Shown piece by piece: positions 15,286 to 26,990 of a stretch of 64,000 bases of DNA (positions within the stretch are counted from its first letter, which is position 1; each line of letters opens with the position of its first letter). Source of the stretch: Octopus sinensis (taxonomy: Eukaryota); assembly GCF_006345805.1 (NCBI RefSeq), contig NC_043008.1:45632001-45696000 (forward strand), given 5' to 3'. Under the pieces are notes generated by a model that was not told the DNA's origin, searched no databases, and saw nothing but the letters and a program-made list of their open reading frames with translations. A program made the position numbers and the translations under genes.

Positions 15286-15972
15286 TATATATATTTATAT
15301 AAATGTATATATATGTGTATATATATATATATATGTATATATATATGTATATATATGTGTATATATATATATGTATATATGTGTATGTATATATATATTA
15401 TATATATATATGTGTATATATATATATATAATGTATATATATGTGTATATAGCTATATATTATATATATATGTATATATATGTGTATATATATATGTATA
15501 TATATGTGTATATATATATATGTATATATATGTGTATATATATATATTATATATATGTATATATATATGTATATATATATATTATATATATTGTATATAT
15601 AATATATATGTAATATATGTCTATATATATATCATATATATGTATATATGTGTATATATATATTATATATATGTATATATATGTCTATATATATATATAT
15701 ATATAGGTATATATATGTGTATATATATATATATTATATATGTATATATATGTGCATACGATATATTATATATATATATATGTAATATATATATTATTAT
15801 ATATATGTGTATATATATATTATATATATGTATATATATGTTGTATTATATATATTATATATATATGTATATATATATATGTATATATATATATTACATA
15901 TATGTATATATATATTATATATAGGTAATATATATGTATATATGTATGTATATATATATATATTATGTATAT
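15286..15972. repeat. Interrupted (TA)n/(TGTA)n array
   Basis: Directly visible. Confidence 0.97.
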
Positions 15973-16967
15973 GCCCTTCAGACATGCCTTCAGTTGCTAC
16001 GATGACCACCCTGCTAGCTATGCAGATGACACAAAGGTCTCCCACGCAATACAGAACCCTGAAAATATTGCGCATCTGCAACATGAGCTGGACACAATAT
16101 ACAGGTGTGAGACACAACATGCATTTTAATGCAGGTAAGTTCATGCCCTGCGCTACTGGCACACAAAAGTAAATGACGTGAAGACTGGATACACTGGCCC
16201 AGAATAATTGCATCCCTGAGTCAAAATCAGTGCGTGACCTGGGCATTGACATGAGCAATGATGCACTTTCCAAATGCATATTGCTAATCTGGTGATAAAT
16301 GCAGACGCTAGCTGGATGTGATCTCCGAACTTTCAGAACAAAGAGAAGGAGACACTGATGGTCCTATGGAAAACATTTGTCCTCACCGCTTGGACTACTG
16401 CTCCCAACTTGGTCACCACACAATATAAAACAAACAGCAGAACTCGAAGCAACTAGAGATAGCTACACAAAAAAATCGTCTCAATGCAAAATGTCAGCTA
16501 CTGGAAAGACTGAAGGTATTAAACCTCTTCTCCCTGGAGCGGAGGCGGGAGCTATATGCTAAATACATCTGGAAAATCCTGGAGGGTCTTATCCCAACTT
16601 TGGCATTCAAAGTTACTCCAGCAGAACTGGGCGCCGCTGCGTGGGCCAAGGATTCCAACATCACCATCAAATACAGGTCCAGATACTGCACAGCTTGGGT
16701 TTCAGAGGACCACAGCTTTTCAACATCCTCCCTAAATGCCTGAGGAGACTTACATGGTGTGGATGTGGGTTTCTTTAAAACTAAACTGGATCTCTTCTTG
16801 TTGGAGTCCCAGATGAACCTACCTCACGACAGGAGACACTGATGCGGGCATCAGCATCGAACTCCTTGTGATCAAGTGATAGAGTGGATTCACAAACTAT
16901 GTGGCCTTCATGGTGGTGCCCACATGGCCGCGGCTTTCGGGCTATTTTTATATAAGATTTTTAAGGA
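15973..16967 (+). mobile_element. CR1/L2-like LINE, 5'-truncated copy B, same subfamily as copy G
   Basis: Aligns to about 39055-40085 but carries many 1-3 nt deletions; contains tatgcagatgacaca (YADDT). Confidence 0.93.
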
Positions 16968-17206
16968 TATATATAAATATGTATGTATATATATATATAT
17001 ATTATATATATGTTGTATATATATATATGCATATATATATATGTATGATATATATGATATATATATATTTATTATATAGTATATATATATATGTCTATAT
17101 ATATGTATATATAGTATATATATATGTATATATATATATATATGTATATATATAATGTATGTATATATATGTATATATGTACATATAATATGTATATATG
17201 TATATA

Positions 17207-17249
<43 letters not shown>

Positions 17250-17310
17250 ATATGTATATATATATATATATATGTATATATTATATATATATGTATTATA
17301 TATATATATA

Positions 17311-17512
17311 CTTAGAATAACTTAGAAAGGTTTTGGCCAGTATTGGCCCAGGCCATGTTAACTTAATTGGCGAAGTCTTTCAGTTCAGGATTTGGGCACC
17401 AAGTCCTATTCGAGCAGAGAGTTATTGTTTGCGGAGACATATCCGGTGTGAGTGTTTTGTCCGTACTGTTTGAAGGAATTTGTCCAAAGATTCCTGTGAC
17501 CAGCCACCGGAT
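17311..17512 (-). mobile_element. 3' end of a sister CR1-like LINE with a CTAAG-type tandem tail
   Basis: Minus strand reads LDKFLQTV...[13 protein letters not shown], then catggcc-tg-ggcca-atac-tggcc-aaaac and a tail; homologous to 19494-19695. Confidence 0.7.
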
Positions 17513-17545
17513 ATTATGTATATATATATATTATGTATATATACA

Positions 17546-17587
<42 letters not shown>

Positions 17588-17590
17588 TAT

Positions 17591-17695
<105 letters not shown>

Positions 17696-17718
17696 TATGT
17701 ATATATACACACTACATA

Positions 17719-17752
<34 letters not shown>

Positions 17753-17799
17753 ATGTATATATATATATATATATATATACATTTATATATATATATATC

Positions 17800-19393
17800 T
17801 AAATCCTTAAATCCTTAAAAATGTTTTAGCCCGAAGGCCGCGGCCATGCTGGGGCACCACCGCTGAATGAGCTACACTAGTTTGTGAATCCACCTCTGAT
17901 ACGTGGCACTTGATCAACAAGGGAGTTCGATGCCGCTGCCCGCATCCTCGTCTCCTGTCGTGAGGTAGGTTCATCTGGGACTCCCAACAAGAAGGGATCC
18001 AGCTTAGTTTAAAAGAAACCTACATCCACACCATGTAAGTCTCTCAGGCATTTAGGGAGGATGTTAAAGAGCTGTGGTCCTCTGAAACCCAAGCTGTTGC
18101 AGTATCATTGCTCATGTCAATGCCCAGGTCACGCACTGATTTTGACTCAGGGATTGCAATTCTTCCTGGGCCAGTGTATCCAGTCTTCACGTCATTTACC
18201 TTTGTGTGCCAGTAGCGCAGGGTCTGCAACTTACCTGCGTTAAACTGCATGTTGTTGTCCTCAGCCCACCTGTATATTGTGTCCAGCTCATGTTGCAGAT
18301 GCGCAATATTTTCAGGGTTTTGTATTGCGTGGGAGACTTTTGTGTCATCTGCATAGCTAGCAAGGGTGGTCATCGTAGCAACTGAAGGCATGTCTGAAAG
18401 GGCCACTATGAACATCAGTGGCCCCAAGATAGTGCCCTGTGGGACACCGCTTGTTATTTGCGTTTCCTTGGAGGTGGCTCCATTGCTCACAACTGCCTGT
18501 TTTCTGTCTTTTAGGAAGTTGTGCACCCACTCTCCAAGTTTCCCGCCTATGCCGAGACCACGCAGTTTGTGACAGATCATACCATGGTCAACTTTATCAA
18601 AGGCTTTTGCAAAGTCGAGTTATATTACATCCACATTTGAGCCATTTAGTAGCTGTTTCAACACCCAGTCATAGTGTTGCAGGAGCTGTGTTAGGCAGCC
18701 TCTACCTGGTCGAAATCCATGCTGGGTGTCAGACAGCAAGTCATTTTCTTCAAGGAACATGATTAGTTTCTTACGGACTATTCGTTCCATGACTTTGCTG
18801 ATGTGTGAGGTCAGAGAGATAGGCCTATAATTTTTAGCATCTGATCTGCTACCTCCCTTATGGATAGGGCATATTACCCCCTCTTTCAATTTGACTGGGA
18901 GCTTACCACTTGCAAGAAAGCTCTGAAAAAGAAGCTGTAGCGGTTTTGCAAGGGCTCGTTTGCACGTTTTGAGAAGGATCGCTGGGAATCCATCAGGTCC
19001 AGCAGCTGAGTTTGTGTCAATCTCATCTATGGCTATGGTGATATCATCATCTTGGATGTTGATGTACTCAATTTTTGCCTCTTTGGCCGCAGGTAAAGTG
19101 GCAAAGAATTCCTCAGGGTTGTTTACTTGCCTGTGTCCTAGGAGGTGTAGTGAACACACTTTGGAACTGTTCGTTCAGTATTTCACTTATCCTCGTGGGA
19201 TTTCCTGTGAGAGAGCCATCTTTTTGAAAGAGAAGTCCTATTCTCTGGTGCACTGTGGCTGTCTATTTGGCAAACATAAAGAAAGGTTTAGGGTTTGATT
19301 TTATATTTTATATTACCCAAGCTTTTTATCTGCTCTCTCCTTTTCATGGGACTGATGTAGACTTTTCTCAGTTTCCATTAGCATTCTTTCGAG
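17800..19393 (-). mobile_element. CR1/L2-like LINE copy C (RT region, about 439-bp internal deletion, runs into the gap)
   Basis: Nearly identical to 38065-40096; motifs GVPQGTILGP and YADDTK; (TTTAAGGA)n tail at 17800-17818. Confidence 0.96.
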
Positions 19394-19493
19394 NNNNNNN
19401 NNNNNNNNNNNNNNNNNNNNNNNNNNNNNNNNNNNNNNNNNNNNNNNNNNNNNNNNNNNNNNNNNNNNNNNNNNNNNNNNNNNNNNNNNNNNN
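19394..19493. other. Assembly gap (100 N)
   Basis: Run of exactly 100 N; true size unknown. Confidence 1.
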
Positions 19494-19695
19494 GCCACCC
19501 ATAATTGGATACAACTCACCCAACAAGAACTCACTACTTGAACAAAACTGGATACAACTCACCAACACACGAACTCACTATTGAACAAAACTTGACTTAA
19601 ACAGGTTCGAATAATCCTATCAGGTGGTGCTATTAAGTTAGACATGGCCTGGACCAATCTCTGGTCGAAACATATCTAAGTTTTATCTAAGTTTC
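19494..19695 (+). mobile_element. 3' end of the sister CR1-like LINE
   Basis: PPIIGYNSPNKNSLLEQ (this segment is tandemly duplicated), then ggtggtgc..catggcc-tg-gacca-atctc-tggtc-gaaac and a ctaagtt tail. Confidence 0.7.
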
Positions 19696-19699
19696 CAAG

Positions 19700-19774
19700 G
19701 TTATATATATTATATATTATATATTATATATATATCTATGATATTATATTAATATATTATTATATATATATTAT

Positions 19775-19843
<69 letters not shown>

Positions 19844-19931
19844 ATATATATATCTTATATATATAATATATAATATATTATTATATATATAATATATATA
19901 TACATATATATATATATATACACATATATAT

Positions 19932-19965
<34 letters not shown>

Positions 19966-20017
19966 CATTATATACTAATACATATATAATATATATAGTA
20001 TATATATATATATATAT

Positions 20018-20051
<34 letters not shown>

Positions 20052-20092
20052 ATAATATATATATAATATTATATATATATATATATACATAT

Positions 20093-20169
<77 letters not shown>
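19700..20169. repeat. (TA)n-rich array
   Basis: Directly visible. Confidence 0.97.
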
Positions 20170-20173
<4 letters not shown>

Positions 20174-21087
20174 CCTTAAATCCTTTAAAAATGGTTTAGC
20201 CCGAAGGCCGCGGCCATGCTGGGGGCACCACCGCTGAATGAGCTACACTAGTTTGTGAATCCGCCTCTGATACGTGGCACTTGATCAACAAGGGAGTTCG
20301 ATGCTGCTGCCCGCATCCGCGTCTCCTGTCGTGAGGTAGGTTCATCTGGGACTCCCAACAAGAAGAGATCCAGTTTAGTTTTAAAGATACCCACATCCAC
20401 ACCATGTAAGTCTCTCAGGCATTTAGGGAGGATGTTAAAGAGCTGTGGTCCTCTGAAACCCAAGCTGTTGCAGTATCTGGACCTGTATTTTGATGGTGAT
20501 GTTGGAATCCTTGGCACCACGCAGCGGCGACCCGTTCTGCGGTTGGAGTAACTTTGAATGCCAAAGTTTGGGACAAGACCCTCTAGGATTTTCTACATGT
20601 ATATCACTGCATATCTCTCCCGCCTCCGCTCTAGGGAGAAGAGGTTTAATACCTTCAGTCTTTCCCAGTAGCTGATATTTTGCATTGAGACGATTTTCTT
20701 TGTGTAGCTTCTCTGAATTGCTTCGAGTTCTGCTGTTTGTTTTATATTGTGTGGTGACCAAAGTTGGGAGCAGTAGTCCAAGCGGCTGAGGACGAATGTT
20801 TTCCATAGGACCATCAGTGTCTCCTTCTCTCTTGTTCTGAAAGTTCGGAGAATCCATCCAGCTAGCCGTCTGCATTTTATCACCAGGCTAGAAATATGCA
20901 TTTGGAAAGATGCATCATTGCTCATGTCAATGCCCAGGTCACGCACTGATTTTGACTCAGGGATTGCAATTCTTCCTGGGCCAGTGTATCCAGTCTTCAC
21001 GTCATTTACCTTTGTGTGCCAATAGCGCAGGGCCGGAACTTACCTGCATTAAACTGCATGTTGTTGTCCTCAGCCCACCTGTATATT
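20170..21087 (-). mobile_element. CR1/L2-like LINE copy D, 5'-truncated
   Basis: Near-identical to 39180-40096; LDYCSQLWSP, LERRRERYAVIY; TTTAAGGA tail. Confidence 0.96.
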
Positions 21088-21161
21088 ATTATATATATTA
21101 TACATATATATACATATATATATATTCTATATAATATAATATAATAATTATTATATATAAT

Positions 21162-21209
<48 letters not shown>

Positions 21210-21369
21210 ATATAATATTATACATATATATATATATATATATATAATTGTTATATTTCGGAATGGTCATATTGCCAGTTTAGCCAATAAAAAACACACG
21301 CACTATATATTTGGTGTGTTATTTGCTTCAGTGATATTTATTTTTTTACATTAATCTTAATCTTATTTC

Positions 21370-21412
21370 GGCCAAAGTTTTCGTCACACTCCTGTGACCG
21401 CATCAGTGGTCC
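21370..21412 (-). ncRNA. Variant minimal hammerhead-like motif in the Penelope terminal repeat (stem III shortened)
   Basis: ggacca-CUGAUGCG-gucaca-ggag-ugugac-GAAA-ac-UU-uggcc. Confidence 0.45.
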
Positions 21413-21929
21413 TTTGTTTTCTTCTCACTTACTTGTGTCTCTCCTTACTATCCGTCAGCCATTTTGTATTTCTATTGTATGTCTTCATTTGCGCATGCTT
21501 ATATCTCTATGTTGCGTCTATGTTTATTTAGTGTGTGTGTGGGGGGGATGCCTGTAATATTTTGTATCTTCTGGTTATATACATTTTGTAATTTGTATTT
21601 TGTTTTTGTTGTTGTTGCTTTTGTTCTAATTTTGTTCATGTGTTTACATCCACCCATTATTATCATTACATATGCTTGTAGTACGTATAACAACAATATT
21701 AGTATAATAATAATAAATCTAATCGAAAAAAAAAAAATAAATAAATAAATAAATAAAAAGAATATACATATATATATAATACATATACACATATATATTA
21801 TACATATATACACACATATATACACATATACATATACACATATATACACATATACATATTATATAGATATTCATTTTATTTCTTTCATTACCTGTGTATT
21901 TATTATGTTTGCAGGATCCACCATTGTCA

Positions 21930-23080
21930 TATGTTGTGGTGTGCGCTATTGCTCCATTCTAGTTCTATTCAGGCTAGGTTATTTTCTATTATATGTGTAG
22001 CTTCTGTAATTTGTCTAATTGTTGCATCTGTTCTATGTGTGGACAATATCTTAATCTCTATGTTATTGATTGATCCCCCGTGTTCTTGTTCGGCGTGTTG
22101 GTACAGAATCGATGCGCTTTTACCTTCCTTGAGTTGTCTCCAATGTTCATTCACCCGCTCACCAATGCTTCTTGCAGTTTCCCCTACGTATGTTACTGTC
22201 TTGTTACTGCATCGTCCCTCTATACATCTTATACTATAGACCACATTTCTGGCTTTACAGTTCGTTTGTGGGCTAAATCTACATACAGTGCAATAGTTAT
22301 CCGTACAGAGAGTTCTACTAAAAGGATAGCTTCTACCAATTATAGATCTGATAGGGTTGCCTGGCTTTTCAACAACCATAATTCTTAGTTTAAGTTTATC
22401 TAGGGTCCTTCTAAAGCGGTACGCTAGTTCACCTCCAGGGGTGGTGGTAACACGAACATGACACTCTGGTATTTATGGCTATCATACCAAGAGTTGGCCT
22501 TCCCTATTTTCTTTTTTGTCCTTTCTATAGTGTTCCATGACTTGTTCCTATAGAGTGGGCAAATCCCATTCCTATCATTACATAATATATTATCAAATTT
22601 CTTCATGGCTCCTTTGTTATACTCTGATCCTTTCTTTATGCTGTAACCTGAGAACTGCATGCGGTGAATGAAATACTGTATGTGTCTCTTTAATTCTGTA
22701 GGCTCGCACATGCGTGACACATTTCTCATTATTCTGACGAGGTCTGCCATCAAAATATTGAATTGGGCATTGTCCGCAATGGCTGAGTTCCGGTGGATCA
22801 GGTATTTTGAGGCCATAGGTTTTGCATAGTATGAATGAAGGATTTGGGTTTTATTTTTCACAATTTCTAGCAGAGTTCAGTGTCTAGTACTGGTAGTCTA
22901 TGGTTGGGGGGTTTTAGTGGGTGGGGTAGTCTATTGTGACCTTAATACTCTGGGGATGGAGTTAGCTATTTGCTGGATGCTCTCCATAGTATTAGTTTCT
23001 ATTACTATATCAACAGTACTTCTTTGTGGGGGGTGCTTTACTACTATATTGAATCATCAACATAGGAGAAGTACGAGTAC
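21930..23080 (-). pseudogene. Penelope RT (C-terminal half) plus GIY-YIG endonuclease, frameshifted
   Basis: YVDD at 23053-23064, LPVLD, YAKPMASKYLIH, then NVVYSIRC..TYVGETARSIGERVNEH..RQITEA. Confidence 0.92.
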
Positions 23081-23229
23081 ATGTTTACGAGTATGGATTT
23101 CTGCACACACACTAAATAAACATAGACGCACATAGAGATATAAGCATGCGCAAATGAAGACATACAATAGAAATACAAAATGGCTGACGGATAGTAAGGA
23201 GAGACACAAGTAAGTGAGAAGAAAACAAA

Positions 23230-23274
23230 GGACCACTGATGCGGTCACAGGAGTGTGACGAAAGAACTTTGGCC
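23230..23274 (+). ncRNA. Variant minimal hammerhead-like motif (second copy)
   Basis: ggacca-CUGAUGCG-gucaca/ugugac-GAAA-g-aa-c-UU-uggcc; stem I cca/ugg; core deviates from CUGANGA. Confidence 0.55.
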
Positions 23275-23480
23275 GAAATAAGATTAAGATTAATGTAAAA
23301 AATAAATATCACTGAAGCAAAATAACACCAAATATATAGTGCGTGTGTTTTTATTGGCTAAACTGGCAATATGACCATTCCGAAATATAACAATATCTGT
23401 TTCAACACACGACTTCACATAAAAAATCTTGCACAACAAATATTTAAACGTATATATATATATATTATATTATATATTAT

Positions 23481-23799
23481 GCGTGGCATCTTGGGCAAGT
23501 GTCTTCTGCTATAGCCCCGGGCCGACCAATATCTTGTGAGTGGATTTGGTAGACGGAACCTGAAAGAAGCCTGTCGTATATATGTATATATATATATATA
23601 TGTGTGTGTGTTTGTGTGTCTGTGTTTGTCCTCCTAGCATTGCTTGACAACCGATGCTGGTGTGTTTACGTCCCCGTCACTTATAGAATAAGTACTGGGC
23701 TTACAAAGAATAAGTCCCGGGGTCGATTTGCTCGACTAAAGGCGGTGCTCCAGCATGGCCGCAGTCAAATGACTGAAACAAGTAAAAGAGTAAAGAGTA
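23481..23799 (+). mobile_element. CORE-like SINE (octopus OR-like, family B), head missing, with LINE-derived 3' tail
   Basis: CORE-like cttgggcaagtg box; ends catggccgcagtcaaatgactgaaacaagtaaaagag; related copies at 43969, 59035 and 62723. Confidence 0.85.
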
Positions 23800-23835
23800 A
23801 TAGAGTATACATATATATACATATTATGTATATAT

Positions 23836-23873
<38 letters not shown>

Positions 23874-25929
23874 TATGTATATATAGATATATATATATAT
23901 ATTATGTATATATACATATATATATATCTATATATTTATTATGTATATATACACACATATATATATATATACATATATATATATAATATATATATATATA
24001 TCTTCTAATGTATTTCTCCATTGACTTACCTCAACGTTAAGCGCTGTAGAATTTAGGCTTTATGTTTTTCTTTTTTACTAAAGTAACAATCAGTGCTAAT
24101 GTTTTTTGTTGTAAGCGATTGTCATTTAACCATGTCAATAATTTGTGAATATAGAAAACAATACACTGCCCTATGCTTCAGTAACTTTACTCACAAATCT
24201 ATCATGAATTGGATATTTATCGGGAGACACTCCAACATTATCACTCATAAATTTTACAAGATCATAGATAACTTGGATTTTTTTATATTGATTTGCCAAT
24301 AAATTTACCTGGCGTGCAATGCAAAGACAACAAAGGAACAACAAAAAATAAACAACTAAAAAAAATACAAAGATAGAAAGTAAATTTTCCGCACAATACC
24401 CTGCTTATAAAAATTGCATAACAAATAAATGTCTGAATCTATCAAACCTCTTTATTGATCGAATGTATTTGTGGTTTTATGTTTACCTGATCCATTGAAA
24501 ATTTCTACAATTAAGACGATATATGAAAAATATAAAAAAATGACTAGAATTTTATAGCGAACGAAATAATTTGTTTTCAGAATTATCATTTCTATCCTTT
24601 TTTTTTTTCGTCTTGTGTAGTTTTCTTTAGCAATCCTTTTGGTTTCTATTGAATGCTCCAGGATATTTAAATATTAAGATATTTAATAGGTTATCCTCAG
24701 GATATCTTATTGATTTTTATTTCCCCGCAGAATGCTTTACATAATTGTAAATTTCTTTTCAAATGAAAAACATAAAACATTTGCCATTCTGAATAGGAAA
24801 AGAATTAACCAAGCAAATAATTCGCTAGGAAATCGTTCTTCCTATTGATATGAATTAAATTTCATATGATGACTGAAGGGATAGAGGCAATTTTCGATAT
24901 ACTGGCGCCATAATACGTGGAACAGTTGTTACGGAAACCAAAGCTGAAATACAAAAAAATTGCTTTGCTAAACAATGGACAAGACCGAAACCATTAATCT
25001 CCAAAGCATGAATAATGATTAAAATAGCGATAATTTTTATGTGAGTATCGTAAAGCACATTGTAAGCTAGATGGTTCAAATTACACAATTGTATCATTTC
25101 CCCAGTTTTTTTTTATTGCTAAAATGCACTTGGCAAAGAATGAACGACACACATTTCCATATATTCCTTGCATATTTAAAATATACATGAGAAATATCAT
25201 ATATATTATGAATATGCATTTATTGTTAATCCTAACAATATAAAAATAAATATCACCACGTATTCTAACATATGAGATTAGTTAGCAAATTTTTTTTTCT
25301 AATTTCTACAGAGGGAGGGTCAGAACCAAGGATTATATTTGATGTATGGTAGAAGAAACGAAACTAGACGCCTTGAGATTGAAAACTAAGGCCGGTTGCT
25401 TGCTACAGCCTATATTCTACAAAATTCAGTGTAGGAGGTGGTGTTAGGGTGAGCGGTGAATTAAAAATCTACCATATTGTCTAGATTCGCGTTGCATTGA
25501 AAGCAAATAGCGTAACTTTCATTGTTCTCAGTGTAATGTTTTCTGGGACAGCTGTAACTCTGTCTCAAAATATTCCCAGTTCCGGTTTCACATTACAAGC
25601 AAAAAGTTTCTTCCTGCAAACAATAGTCGTGAAATCGATAGTATACCGGAACATAAATATTGAATAAACATTAATGTTATTCAAGGGAACAAATTAGCAA
25701 AAAACAAACAACACTTGAGGCGCGTTAACGCGCATCAGCAACGGAAAGCCTATGTATTTCAAGGGATACGTAGAAATATCAACACAAACAAATTCGTGCA
25801 AACACCACAAGTGCAGATGAGCACAATCTTTAAACGTAGAAGTATCTGGCAAAATTTTAAAGGAAAATAATCAAACGAATTTACTAGGGTATTATTAAAA
25901 ATTTTGAATTATTCTTATCATTGAGTGAG

Positions 25930-26430
25930 GGAGAAGCGCATACCATCAAAGTGACACCAGGGTACAAATACATGAAGCCCAGTATACCCATAATGACTAC
26001 CCACTGATAAGGGTACACTAGGCGCATGCCTCACAACCATACGAGCGCGACATGGTGATATCATATCAAGATAAACAGCGCATGCCCTTGCAGATGGAAG
26101 CCCAGTTAGAATTTTCTTCAGGTTGAGTAGCCCATCTCGCTCAAAAGGTCCCTGAATATAGTTGGTTTAAGGATGATGAATGAAACACCAATGTTTCTGG
26201 GGGTAAATTATTCAAACCCAAAGAATTCCTCACAAATCACGGCTATGATGCTCCCCCATTACTTCTGCTCGTGCTGAGAGATGCACATATCGTCAGCCAC
26301 TAAGGGACATCCTGAACTGGTTAAGGTTAAGCAACTGATAAGCGAATCTGTATAGTATTGAGCCGAATATTTGCTGTAGCCCATCATTTTGTACCAAGAC
26401 AAAACGTTTACATGATAATACTTCCATTCA
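25930..26430. repeat. Probable interspersed repeat fragment
   Basis: Recognised from memory as a common octopus repeat; no second copy in this window. Confidence 0.35.
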
Positions 26431-26486
26431 GTTGATACCAAATGTCTTCTACTTCTTCTTCTTCTCATTGAGCTGACGCAGTGAGC

Positions 26487-26990
26487 TGACGAATCGCTAG
26501 CACCCCAAGGAAGACATTTCGCAGCATTTCGTCCGTCGTTACGCCCTGAGTTCAAATTCTGTCGAAATCGGCATTTCCTTTCATTCTTTCGGAGTTTATA
26601 AAATAAATACCAGTGGAATGCAGGTTTTGATGCAATCGACTAGACCCATCCCCACAAAAGTCGATAAAATAAGTAGCAGTTGCGTAGTGGGTTCAATGCA
26701 AGCGACTATTTCGGTCTTCCAGTAGTCCAAGTCTTGTGACTTTTTTATTATTATTATTAAGACGGTGACCTGGCAGAATTGGTAGCACTCCAGGTGAAAT
26801 ACCGAACGACATTTCGTCCCTGCTCATGCTCTAAGTTCAAATTCCGCCGAAGTCGACTGTGCTTTTCATCCTTTCGGAACTGATAAATTAAGTACCCGTG
26901 AAAACACTGGGGTCGATACGTTCGATTAGCCCCACCCTAAAATATCAGGCGTTGTGCTTTTAGTAGAAAGGATTATTATTAACGTTCTGA
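26487..26990 (+). mobile_element. Two tandem degenerate family A SINEs (26487-26690, 26760-26985)
   Basis: Both have gagttcaaatt B-box-like and tttcat.ctttcgg blocks. Confidence 0.75.

Larger units (their letters stand above)
21247..23394 (-). mobile_element. Penelope-like retroelement, 5'-truncated, with about 290-bp inverted terminal repeats
   Basis: Arms 21247-21539 and 23104-23394 are near-perfect reverse complements and enclose RT and GIY-YIG coding remnants. Confidence 0.93.

Noticed and set aside
18095-18115. Spliced intron as the cause of the deletion in copy C
   Set aside because: No placement of the junction gives GT-AG or GC-AG ends.
19380-19510. Treating LINE copy C and the post-gap sequence as one element
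   Set aside because: They are on opposite strands, belong to different subfamilies and are separated by a gap of unknown size.
19636-19685. Hammerhead-like stem plus GAAAC
   Set aside because: There is no CUGANGA core; it is the shared LINE 3'-terminal motif.
25720-25733. 14-bp perfect palindrome gcgcgttaacgcgc
   Set aside because: Isolated and short, with no associated structure or second copy.
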